Source: Candidatus Eiseniibacteriota bacterium
Lineage (GTDB): Bacteria; Eisenbacteria; RBG-16-71-46
Direction of reading: 5' to 3'
Assembly: GCA_044223005.1 (NCBI GenBank)
Contig: JBGAML010000004.1
Location: forward strand, 1 to 64,000
Length of the DNA stretch: 64,000 nucleotides
The notes beneath the pieces are model-generated. The model saw only the letters and a list, made by a program, of their open reading frames with translations. It had not been told where the DNA came from and ran no database searches. The translations under genes and the position numbers were made by a program. Of this stretch, positions 55,843 to 64,000 are shown piece by piece; the first letter of the stretch is position 1, and each line of letters begins with the position of its first letter.

Positions 55843-58800
55843 ATGTCCGCCCCCGATCCGGGTCACGCGCCCACGCTCCCCGTCGCCGCCGGCCTCGTGC
55901 TCGGCGGCCGCTACCGGCTGGAGCAGCGCATCGGCCGCGGCGGCATGGGCGAGGTCTGGAGCGCCCGCGACGCGCAGCTCGAGCGCGAGGTCGCGATCAA
56001 GCTGCCGTCCGGCAGCATCGCTCCCGAGGAATGCGACCGGCTGCTGCGCGAGGCGCGCATGGCCGCGGCGCTCAACCACCCGGGCGTCGTCGCGGTTCAC
56101 GATGCCGGCGTCTCGGACGGCCAGCCGTTCGTCGTGTTCGAGCGCGTCGCGGGCACCAATCTCCGCGCGCAGCCGCCCGCGGGCACCGAGGCGATCCGCG
56201 CGGTGGCCGACCAGGTGCTCGACGCGCTCGCGCACGTGCACGCCGCGGGCATCGTGCACCGCGACTTGAAGCCCGAGAACCTGCTCTGGGTGGGCGCGCC
56301 CGGCGCGTCGCGCGTCAAGCTCGCCGATCTCGGCGTCGCGCGGCCGCAGACGTCGACGACGCTCTCGCGCAACGTCGTCGTCGGCACCGCCGCGTACCTC
56401 TCGCCCGAGCAGGCGACGGGCGCGGTCGTCGACGGGCGCGCCGATCTCTATGCGCTCGGCGTCACGCTCTACGAGTGGGTCGCCGGCCGGCGGCCGTTCG
56501 AGGCCGACGACCTGCTCGCGCTCGTCTCGCAGCACCTGCTCGCGCCCGTGCCGCCGCTGCGGCTGCACGTGCCCGACGTGGACCCGGCACTCGAGCGCTT
56601 CGTGCTCCGGCTGCTGCGCAAGACGCCCGACGAGCGCTTCGCCGACGCCGGGGCCGCGCGCGCGGCGCTGGCCGATACGGCGGCCGCCGCGGCCGGCGAC
56701 GCGGCGCCGGGCGCGCCCGCGGTGCTCGACCAGCTCGTGCGCGGCCGCCTCGTCGGCCGCACCGCGGAGCTCGAGCGGCTGCGCGCGGCGTGGCGCGCGG
56801 CGCTCGACGGCGGCGCGCGGCTCGCGCTCGTCTCGGGCGAGCCCGGGATCGGCAAGTCGCGTCTCGCGCGCGAGGTCGCCGTGAACGCGCACGTCGACGG
56901 CGCGGTCGTGATGACCGGCGGCTGCTACGAGTTCGAAGCCACGACGCCCTACCTGCCGTTCGTCGAGGCGATCTCGGGCTGGGCGCGGGCGGTGGCACCC
57001 GCGGCGCTCGCCGAACTGCTCGGGGATTCGGCGGCGGATCTCGCGCGGCTCGTGCCCGACCTCGGGGCGCGGCTCGGATCGCTGCCGGCGGCGCCGGCGC
57101 TCGCGCCGCACGAGGAGCGGCTGCGGCTCTTCGAGGCGATCGCGCGGTTCCTGCGCCGGCTCTCGGCGCGGCGGGGACTGCTGCTGCTGCTGGACGACCT
57201 GCACTGGGCGGACGCCGGCACTCTCGCGCTGCTGCGCCACCTCGCCCGGCAGCTGCGGGCCGATCGCGTGCTGCTGCTGGGCACGTACCGCGAGGTCGAG
57301 CTGGACCGCCGCCATCCGCTCGCCGCGGCGCTCGTCGACTGGGACCGCGACCGCATCGCGACCCGCGTGCCGCTCGGGCGACTCGACCGCGCGGAGACCG
57401 AGGCGCTGCTCGCGACGCTGCTCCAGCAGGAACACGTGACGGCCGAGTTCGGCGAGGCGCTGCACCGCGAGACGGAGGGCAATCCGTTCTTCACCGAGGA
57501 GGTGGTGAAGGCGCTGGTCGAGCAGGGTGCCATCTACCGCGAGGGCGGCGAGTGGCAGCGCCGCGCGATCGGCGAGCTCGCGATTCCGCAGAGCGTGAAA
57601 TCGGCGATCGGCCGGCGGCTCGACCGCCTGAGTGAGGGCTGCGCGGGCGTGCTGCACGTGGCGGCGGTGATCGGCAAGACGTTCGAGTTCGCCGACCTGC
57701 GCGCGTGCACCGACCTGGGCGAGGACGCGCTGCTCGACGCCCTCGACGAAGCGGCGGCCGCGCAGCTGGTGCAGGCCGGTGCGCGCGAGGCGTTCGCGTT
57801 CACGCACGACAAGATTCGCGAGGTGCTGGTCGAGGAGCTCAATCCCGTCCGCCTGCGGCGGCTGCACCTGCGCGTCGCCGAGCGGATCGAATCGCGCGAC
57901 GGCGCGGCCGAGGACCTCGCGTACCATTTCCAGCGCGCGGGCGAGCTGGGCCGCGCCCGCCGATGGCTGCTCGAGTCGGCCCGGCACGCGCGCGCCGTCG
58001 CGGCGCTGGAGGAAGCGGCCGACGCGCTGGCCCAGGCGCGCGAGTGCGCCGAAGCGCTCGGCGGACGCGAGGAGCAACTCGAGGTCGCGTTCGCGCTGGT
58101 GGAGGTGCACGCGGACCGCGGGGACCTCGTCTCCACGCTCGCGGCCTGCGAGCGCGGGCTCGCACTCTGCTCCACCGACGCCGAGCGCGTGCGCCTGCTG
58201 GCGCGCGCGACCGAGGTCTGCGTCCGGCACGGCGACCCGCGCGCCGACGGCTACATCGATGCCGTCGAGCGCGTGCTCGATCCGGTCGCGCAGCCGGAGG
58301 CGCACGTCGTCGCGCGCGCGAGCCGCGCGCGGGTGCACCACTACCGCATGGAGCACGGCAAGGCACTCGCGATCCTGGAACCGCTGGCGGAGCTGCCGAT
58401 CGTCCGGGAGAACGCGTGGCTCGCCGAGATGGTCTACAGCTACCTCGCGGGCGCGAACCAGCACCTGGCCCGCTACGAGGAGAGCATGCGCTGGGCGCAG
58501 CGGTCGATCGACGAGGGCACGCGGATCGGGAGCGACGTGATGGTCGCGACCGGGCGCGAGTTCCTCGCCGAGGACCTCGCGCTCCTCGGGCGGTTCCGCG
58601 AGGCGCTGGCGCACGGCGAAGAGGACCTGCGGCTCGGGCTGCGTTCCGGCTCGCTCGACCGGCAGGCGTGGGGGACCTGGTGCGTGGCGTGGGCGCACGC
58701 GAACCTCGGCGAGCTGCCCGCGGCGCTCGAGCGGCTGCAGGCCGTGCGCCAGCTCTGCGACCTGCTCGGCGAGCGCCGACTGCTGGGGCTCGCGGACGCG

Positions 58801-59397
58801 CTCGTCGCGATCACGGCCGAGGAAGCGGGCCGTCCCGACCTGGCGGACGAGCTGCTCGAGGAGGCGAAGAGCGCGCTCGCGGGAGTCCGGCAGCGCTTCA
58901 TGGAGGCGCAGCTCCTGCAGGGCAGCGCCCGGGTGCTCTTCGCGCGCGGCGACGTGGAGACGGCGTACGACCTGGCGAAGCGCAGCCGGGAACTCAAGCA
59001 GGATACCGACAACCGGGCGGCCGACGACATCACCGCGTCCATGATCGCGGTCGCATCCGCCCGGCTCGGCCGGCTCGACGAGGCGGAGTCGGAGGCGCGA
59101 GCGTGCCTCGCGTTCGAAGGGCTGGAGCCCGGCTTCGGCCGCGGCTGGGCGCTGCGAGCTCTCGCCGCGGTCGCGGCCGCGCGGGGTGAGACGGACGCGG
59201 CGCTCGCGCATTTCTCGGCCGCGCTCGCGGTGCACGGCGCCTGCGAGGCCGTCCTGGCCATCGCGCGCACGCACGCCGAGCGCGCCCAGTTGCTGCGCAC
59301 GGCGGGCCGCGCCGCCGAGGCCGACGCCGACGTCGCGCGGGCCCGCGAGCTCGCGATCCGTTGCGGCGCGGCGAAGCTGCTCGCCGAACTCGGCTGA
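55843..59397 (+). CDS. Ser/Thr kinase fused to an AAA ATPase and TPR-like domains
   Basis: GRGGMGEV, HRDLKPEN, DLG, YLSPEQ; Walker A GEPGIGKS; LLDDLHWAD; TEGNPFF; helical C-terminal region. Confidence 0.92.
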   Translation: MSAPDPGHAPTLPVAAGLVLGGRYRLEQRIGRGGMGEVWSARDAQLEREVAIKLPSGSIAPEECDRLLREARMAAALNHPGVVAVHDAGVSDGQPFVVFERVAGTNLRAQPPAGTEAIRAVADQVLDALAHVHAAGIVHRDLKPENLLWVGAPGASRVKLADLGVARPQTSTTLSRNVVVGTAAYLSPEQATGAVVDGRADLYALGVTLYEWVAGRRPFEADDLLALVSQHLLAPVPPLRLHVPDVDPALERFVLRLLRKTPDERFADAGAARAALADTAAAAAGDAAPGAPAVLDQLVRGRLVGRTAELERLRAAWRAALDGGARLALVSGEPGIGKSRLAREVAVNAHVDGAVVMTGGCYEFEATTPYLPFVEAISGWARAVAPAALAELLGDSAADLARLVPDLGARLGSLPAAPALAPHEERLRLFEAIARFLRRLSARRGLLLLLDDLHWADAGTLALLRHLARQLRADRVLLLGTYREVELDRRHPLAAALVDWDRDRIATRVPLGRLDRAETEALLATLLQQEHVTAEFGEALHRETEGNPFFTEEVVKALVEQGAIYREGGEWQRRAIGELAIPQSVKSAIGRRLDRLSEGCAGVLHVAAVIGKTFEFADLRACTDLGEDALLDALDEAAAAQLVQAGAREAFAFTHDKIREVLVEELNPVRLRRLHLRVAERIESRDGAAEDLAYHFQRAGELGRARRWLLESARHARAVAALEEAADALAQARECAEALGGREEQLEVAFALVEVHADRGDLVSTLAACERGLALCSTDAERVRLLARATEVCVRHGDPRADGYIDAVERVLDPVAQPEAHVVARASRARVHHYRMEHGKALAILEPLAELPIVRENAWLAEMVYSYLAGANQHLARYEESMRWAQRSIDEGTRIGSDVMVATGREFLAEDLALLGRFREALAHGEEDLRLGLRSGSLDRQAWGTWCVAWAHANLGELPAALERLQAVRQLCDLLGERRLLGLADALVAITAEEAGRPDLADELLEEAKSALAGVRQRFMEAQLLQGSARVLFARGDVETAYDLAKRSRELKQDTDNRAADDITASMIAVASARLGRLDEAESEARACLAFEGLEPGFGRGWALRALAAVAAARGETDAALAHFSAALAVHGACEAVLAIARTHAERAQLLRTAGRAAEADADVARARELAIRCGAAKLLAELG

Positions 59398-59416
59398 CGC
59401 AGGGCCACGAAACGCG

Positions 59417-59446
59417 ACCGCCCGCCGGGCGGACCCGGCGGGCGGT
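59417..59446. terminator. Hairpin between convergent genes
   Basis: 13-bp stem ACCGCCCGCCGGG-CGGA-CCCGGCGGGCGGT, followed on the minus strand by CGCGTTTC. Confidence 0.65.
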
Positions 59447-59475
59447 GCGGTGCGATGCGTCGATGGAACGCGTCC

Positions 59476-60903
59476 CTACTGCGCCTTCACGGCCTCCACG
59501 AGCTTCGAGATCGCGCCCTTGGCGTCCCCGAAATACATGTACGTCTTCGGGTTGTAGTAGATCTCGTTGTCGATGCCCGCGAAGCCCGGCTTCAGGCTGC
59601 GCTTCACGATGATGATGTTCGCCGCCTTGTCGGCGTCGAGGATCGGCATGCCGTAGATCGGGCTCGTCTTGTCGTAGCGCGCGGCGGGGTTGATGACGTC
59701 GTTGGCGCCGATCACCAGCGCCACGTCGCAACGCTCGAACTCCGAGTTGATCTGGTCGAGATCGTAGAGCTGTTCGTACGGCACGTTCGCCTCGGCCAGC
59801 AGCACGTTCATGTGACCGGGCATGCGGCCGGCGACCGGGTGCACGGCGTACTTCACGTCGACGCCCTTGGCCGCGAGCAGGTCGCCCAGCTCGCGCGTCA
59901 CGTGCTGCGCCTGGGCGACGGCCATGCCGTAGCCCGGGATCACGATCACGCTCTGCACGTTGCAGCAGAGCATCGCGAGGTCGTCCGACGTGATCTCGCG
60001 CGCCGTCTTGGCCGGGCCGGTGGCCTTGCCGCCACCCGCCGCCGCCGCCGGAGCCGAGCCCACACCCGCGAACAGGACGTTCGTGATCGAGCGGTTCATG
60101 GCCTTGCACATGAGCAGCGTCAGCAGCGTGCCCGACGCGCCGACCAGCGTTCCGCTGATGATCAGCGCCGGCTGCTGCAGCGAGAAGCCCGTCGCCGCCA
60201 CGGCGAGACCGGTGCACGAGTTGAGGAGCGAGATGACGACCGGCATGTCGGCGCCGCCGATCGGAATCACCATCAGCAGCGAGAAGAGCAGCGACACGCC
60301 GAGCAGCGCGTAGAACGGCGCGTTGCCCGTGGCCACCGCGCTCCAGCCGATCGTACCGAGCAGGGCGAGGAACACCACGATCGTCAGCAGCTTCTGGAAC
60401 GCCGACGTGATCGCCTGCTCCATGAAGCCGGAGAGCTTGCCGAACGCCATGAGCGAGCCCCAGAACGACAGGGAGCCGATCACGCCGCCGAACATCGTGG
60501 CGCCGAAGCCGAGCGGGTCGATGGGCTGTCCGGCGGCCTTGGCCGACATGAAGTTCGCGAACTCGACCGTGGAGATGAGTGCCGCCGCGCCACCGCCGCA
60601 GCCGTTCAGGAGCGCGACCATCTGCGGCATCTCGGTCATGGCCACCTTGCGGGCCGCGACCGCGCCGACGAGCGCGCCGACGACGATGCCGACGATGATC
60701 AGGATGCCGCTCGTCCCCGACATCTCGTGCACGCCGCCGCCCCAGATGAAGATGAACGAGGCGACGACCGCGAAGGCCATGCCGATCGCGGCCAGCTGGT
60801 TGCCCTGACGGGCGCGCTTGGGATGGCTGAGGAACTTGAGGCCGATGATGAACAGGACCGCCGAGGTCAGGTAGGCGACGTCGGAGAGCAGTTTGGGATT
60901 CAT
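59476..60903 (-). CDS. pntB: NAD(P) transhydrogenase subunit beta
   Basis: MTEMPQMVALLNG, PIGGADMPVVISLLNS, PGYGMAVAQAQH, HPVAGRMPGHMNVLLAEA, GANDVINPAA. Confidence 0.96.
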   Translation of the reverse strand: MNPKLLSDVAYLTSAVLFIIGLKFLSHPKRARQGNQLAAIGMAFAVVASFIFIWGGGVHEMSGTSGILIIVGIVVGALVGAVAARKVAMTEMPQMVALLNGCGGGAAALISTVEFANFMSAKAAGQPIDPLGFGATMFGGVIGSLSFWGSLMAFGKLSGFMEQAITSAFQKLLTIVVFLALLGTIGWSAVATGNAPFYALLGVSLLFSLLMVIPIGGADMPVVISLLNSCTGLAVAATGFSLQQPALIISGTLVGASGTLLTLLMCKAMNRSITNVLFAGVGSAPAAAAGGGKATGPAKTAREITSDDLAMLCCNVQSVIVIPGYGMAVAQAQHVTRELGDLLAAKGVDVKYAVHPVAGRMPGHMNVLLAEANVPYEQLYDLDQINSEFERCDVALVIGANDVINPAARYDKTSPIYGMPILDADKAANIIIVKRSLKPGFAGIDNEIYYNPKTYMYFGDAKGAISKLVEAVKAQ

Positions 60904-61211
60904 CACTTGCCTCCCGCCGCCGGCTTCTTGGTCTTGAACATCTCGAGCATGCGGTCGGTCACCACGAACCCGCCGAACAGGTTCATGGCGCCCAGCACCA
61001 CCGCGGCGAACCCGAGCCACATGAGCAGCCCGCCCTTGGACTCGGCGAGCACCAGCATGCCGCCGAGCATGACGATGCCGTGGATCGCGTTCGTGCCCGA
61101 CATGAGCGGCGTGTGCAGCTGCACGGGCACCTTCGAGATCACCTCGAAGCCCACGAACACCGCGAGCATGAAGATGTAGATGGCGTAGAGGATCAGCGTG
61201 CCTTCGTTCAT
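60903..61211 (-). CDS. pntAB: NAD(P) transhydrogenase subunit alpha, membrane part
   Basis: VISKVPVQLHTPLMSGTNAIHG…GGFVVTDRMLEMFK. Confidence 0.93.
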   Translation of the reverse strand: MNEGTLILYAIYIFMLAVFVGFEVISKVPVQLHTPLMSGTNAIHGIVMLGGMLVLAESKGGLLMWLGFAAVVLGAMNLFGGFVVTDRMLEMFKTKKPAAGGK

Positions 61212-62362
61212 GACGCCTTCCCCGCGACCGCCGGCGGAGCGTCGGCCCCGGCCGCCCGCGTGATGCAGGTGTCGCGAATGATGTCGTCCTCGAAGTCGAG
61301 GTTGAGCTTGCCTTCCTTGTTGATCATCAGCTTGAGCAGCGAGTGCATGTTGCGCGAGTACATCTGGCTCGCGTGGAACGGCAGCGTGCTGGGCACGTTG
61401 ACCGGGCCCATGATCGAGACGCCGTACTTGACGATCGTCTCGCCCGCCACGGTCAGCTCGCAGTTGCCGCCCGTCTCCGCGGCGAGGTCCACGATCACCG
61501 AGCCGGGCTTCATGCCCTTCACCATGGCCTCGGTCACCATCACCGGGGCCTTGCGGCCGGGAATCGCGGCCGTGGTGATGATCACGTCCGCCTTCGCGGC
61601 GTGCGCAGCGAGCATGTCCTTCACGCGCTGCTGGTCCTCGGCGGAGAGTTCCTTCGCGTAGCCGCCCGAGGTCGCCGTGTCCTTGGACGCGAGCTCGACC
61701 TGGACGAACTTGCCGCCGAGGCTCTCGACTTCCTCCTTCACCGCCGGCCGCACGTCGTAGGCCTCCACGACGGCGCCGAGCTTGCGGCACGTCGCCAGCG
61801 CTTCGAGCCCGGCGACGCCGCAGCCGAGCACGAACGCCTGCGCGGGCGCGATGGTGCCGGCGGCGGTCATCTTGAGCGGGAAGAACTTGCCCAGCGCGCC
61901 GGCCGCCCAGAGCGCGGCCTTGTAGCCCGACACGCCGGCCATCGAGGACAGCGCGTCCATCGACTGCGCGCGCGACGTGCGCGGGATCATCTCCATCGAG
62001 AAGGCCGTGACCTTGCGTACGCCCAGCTTGGTCACCGCGGCCGTGGTCTTGTCGCGGCCGAGGAACGAAACGTAGACCGCGCCCTGCGGCACGAGGTCGG
62101 CTTCGTGCTTTCCGATGGCCGGATAGTCGATGGGCTCGCGCACCTTGCAGACGATGGCGGCCCCTTCGTAGGCACTCGGCGCGCTGGGAGCGATCGAAGC
62201 GCCCGCCTGGCGGTAGGCGTCGTCGGTGAAGCCCGCGGCTTCGCCGGCGCCCGTCTCGACCACGACTTCCTGTCCGGCCTTCACGAGCCGGCCGACGGTC
62301 TCGGGGACGAGGGCCACGCGGGTCTCGCGCGGCGTGATTTCCTTCGGTACGGCAATGCGCAT
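61208..62362 (-). CDS. pntAA: NAD(P) transhydrogenase subunit alpha, soluble domain I
   Basis: MRIAVPKE…ETRVALVP, RAQSMDALSSM, TAAGT, IPGRKAP, DLAAETGGNC. Confidence 0.95.
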   Translation of the reverse strand: MRIAVPKEITPRETRVALVPETVGRLVKAGQEVVVETGAGEAAGFTDDAYRQAGASIAPSAPSAYEGAAIVCKVREPIDYPAIGKHEADLVPQGAVYVSFLGRDKTTAAVTKLGVRKVTAFSMEMIPRTSRAQSMDALSSMAGVSGYKAALWAAGALGKFFPLKMTAAGTIAPAQAFVLGCGVAGLEALATCRKLGAVVEAYDVRPAVKEEVESLGGKFVQVELASKDTATSGGYAKELSAEDQQRVKDMLAAHAAKADVIITTAAIPGRKAPVMVTEAMVKGMKPGSVIVDLAAETGGNCELTVAGETIVKYGVSIMGPVNVPSTLPFHASQMYSRNMHSLLKLMINKEGKLNLDFEDDIIRDTCITRAAGADAPPAVAGKAS

Positions 62363-62885
62363 GCGGCACCCTGGTGGAAGAGGGTCGTTGTGGTTCGTGG
62401 GTGGAGACATCCGGCGGGCGTGCGAGGAAGCGGTCCACGCACGCCCGACGTCGACTCCGGAATCTACTTCCTCGCCCGTGGCGGAGCGAAGTCCCCCGGC
62501 CGTTCGCCGGCGAACGCTCCGACGGCCCGGTCGCGGGGAGCCCCGCGGCCGGAAGCCCATCGCGAACCCGGTCGCACCGTGGCGCGCGAAGATCGGCCGT
62601 CGATTCCGACTGCAGTGGTTGTGCCATGCACTCGTTTCCGTTCTCCGCGTGGAGATCAAGACGCGAGCGCTTGTCGAATAAGCAGTTATGCGGCATCCAC
62701 GGCCCCGGAACGGGCTCCCGTTGGAGGTCGCCCACGCGAGCTGCTGTCACCGTGTCAGGGCCGCCCGCGGGTGGCAGGCGGAGCGGCTCTCCGGGCGAGC
62801 GTCGCGCCGCGTATGGCCCGCGCGCGAGGCTTCGGCTACGGTGCCGGCCTCGAACGGCAACGCGATCCCGACCGCGGAGGTTCCC

Positions 62886-63251
62886 ACGAGCACGTCCCCG
62901 GAATCCCTGGCCCCGACGCCCACGTCGAGTACGTGGGGGCGGAAGGCGGCGACCACCTACCTCGGCGTCGTCGCGGTCGCTGCGGCGCTGATGGTGCGCG
63001 AGCTGGTGGTGGGCGCTTCGGGCGTGGGCACGATGGCGGTCTCGATCCTGACCGCGCCATGGTCGGTGCTGCTCGCCTCGGTCGCGCGCGCCGTGGCGCC
63101 CGCGCTCGAGCCGCTCGCGATGCGCGCGATCGGCCTGGTGCTCGTGGCGCTCGCCGCGCTGCTCAACGCCCGCATCGTCTACGGCATCGCCGCCCGCGCC
63201 GAGCGCGACGCGCGGCCGGCGCCGCGCAATGAGGAACCCACGAATGGCTAG
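62886..63251 (+). CDS. Small membrane protein with 2-3 TM segments; start uncertain
   Basis: Hydrophobic segments YLGVVAVAAALMV…ILTAPWSVLL…IGLVLVALAALLNA. The stop overlaps the next gene. The best RBS (GGAGG, 62876-62880) precedes an ACG codon. Confidence 0.55.
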   Translation, partial: TSTSPESLAPTPTSSTWGRKAATTYLGVVAVAAALMVRELVVGASGVGTMAVSILTAPWSVLLASVARAVAPALEPLAMRAIGLVLVALAALLNARIVYGIAARAERDARPAPRNEEPTNG

Positions 63252-63915
63252 GACACTCGCCGCGGTCGACGCCTACGTCGCGAAGGCACAGCCCTTCGCG
63301 CGCCCGATCCTGGAACACTTCCGCGCGCTCGTGCACGCGACCTGCCCGGACGTCGAGGAGAAGGTGAAGTGGGGGATGCCCTTCTTCGACTACCGGGGTT
63401 CGCTCTGCCACATGGCCGCTTTCAAGGCGCATGCGGCGATCGGGTTCTGGAAGCACGGCCAGCTGCTCGCGACGCCGGCGGGGAAGGCTGCGCGCATGAA
63501 CCGCGACGCGATGGGCGCGTTCGGCCGGCTCGCCTCGGTGCGCGACCTGCCGCCGAAGCGCACGCTGCAGGCGCTGATCCGCGCCGCGATGAAGCTCAAC
63601 GAACTGGGCTCGCCGAGCCCCGCCGCGGGCCGCAGGCCGCGCCCGCCGATCCCGCAGCCCGCGTGGTTCACCGCGGCGCTGAAGCGGAACGCGAAGGCGC
63701 GCGCCACGTGGACGGCGTTCGCGCCGGGCCACCGTCGCGAGTACCTGGAGTGGCTGACGGAGGCGAAGACCGACGCGACGCGCGAGCGCCGCCTCGCGAC
63801 GGCGCTCGAATGGCTCGCGGACGGCCGGAAGCGCAACTGGCGCTCCGAGCGTCCGCGAGCGAAGGCTACTTCGTCACGACCCAGCGCCGCACGAGGGACT
63901 CGCCGCCCGCGGTGA
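63244..63915 (+). CDS. YdeI/OmpD-associated (DUF1801 plus OmdA) family protein
   Basis: VDAYVAKAQPFARPIL…EKVKWGMPFF…HRREYLEWLTEAKTDATRERR. Confidence 0.88.
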   Translation: MARTLAAVDAYVAKAQPFARPILEHFRALVHATCPDVEEKVKWGMPFFDYRGSLCHMAAFKAHAAIGFWKHGQLLATPAGKAARMNRDAMGAFGRLASVRDLPPKRTLQALIRAAMKLNELGSPSPAAGRRPRPPIPQPAWFTAALKRNAKARATWTAFAPGHRREYLEWLTEAKTDATRERRLATALEWLADGRKRNWRSERPRAKATSSRPSAARGTRRPR

Positions 63916-64000
63916 CGCGCACGAAGTAGAGCCCGGGCGCGCGGCGCGCGTCCGGCGCGATCGCGATCGCGTGCGTGCCCGCGTCGCGACGGCCGAGATC
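63866..64000 (-). CDS. 3' end of a protein with a T9SS-like/FlgD-like C-terminal domain (truncated by the window)
   Basis: …DLGRRDAGTHAIAIAPDARRAPGLYFVRVTAGGESLVRRWVVTK*, with the typical PGLYFVRV C-terminal motif. Confidence 0.65.
   Translation of the reverse strand, partial: DLGRRDAGTHAIAIAPDARRAPGLYFVRVTAGGESLVRRWVVTK

Noticed and set aside
39515..59274. Very long ORFs in the track (39515..44572, 46254..49907, 53872..59274, and similar ones elsewhere such as 21693..24851 and 8268..12053)
   Set aside because: These are antisense shadows or N-terminal extensions caused by stop-codon scarcity at high GC. Only the portions bearing family motifs were kept.
62363..62700. Riboswitch or Rex operator in the long pntAA leader
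   Set aside because: Only generic GC hairpins are present (e.g. CGTTCGCCGGCGAACG). I see no recognisable aptamer and no TTGTGAA-N4-TTCACAA site.
1..64000. tRNA, rRNA, integrase or prophage genes
   Set aside because: None were recognised by eye; tRNAscan-SE and Infernal would be needed to exclude them formally.

Overview
Very GC-rich (by eye above 70%) bacterial chromosomal window. FlgD-Ig/T9SS-like C-terminal domains, a DUF222-HNH gene and the overall gene content suggest an FCB-related lineage such as Ca. Eisenbacteria (inference only). Contents in order: osmC; a TetR-TolC-MFP-RND efflux operon; a cyclophilin; a TPP-riboswitch-controlled sodium:solute symporter plus TonB-dependent receptor; several proteases; tag; a hisN-like gene; DUF222-HNH; a VanW-AMMECR1-alpha-2-macroglobulin cluster; DinB; a candidate RiPP locus; PLD; CPBP-MATE; an FAD reductase; an MtrAB-type decaheme cytochrome/porin pair with an atypical response regulator; oppABC; a xanthine-dehydrogenase-family operon; a hybrid kinase; a TMTC-like glycosyltransferase; an S8 protease; a kinase-AAA-TPR protein; pntAA-pntAB-pntB; and YdeI. 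The standout is 25376-28284 (- strand). Three short paralogous peptide genes, each with its own RBS and downstream hairpin, share a gapless 28-residue leader (ELFxALxxxxVExRAQxTxL) and have variable Ser-Ser/Tyr-rich tails. They lie directly upstream of a single gene that appears to fuse a PqqD/RRE-like domain, an M50-like HExxH membrane peptidase, a lipid-A/LPLAT-type acyltransferase and a second RRE-like domain. This looks like a compact pathway for ribosomally made, fatty-acylated peptides that matches no RiPP class I can name. All calls come from reading motifs by eye; no searches were run.
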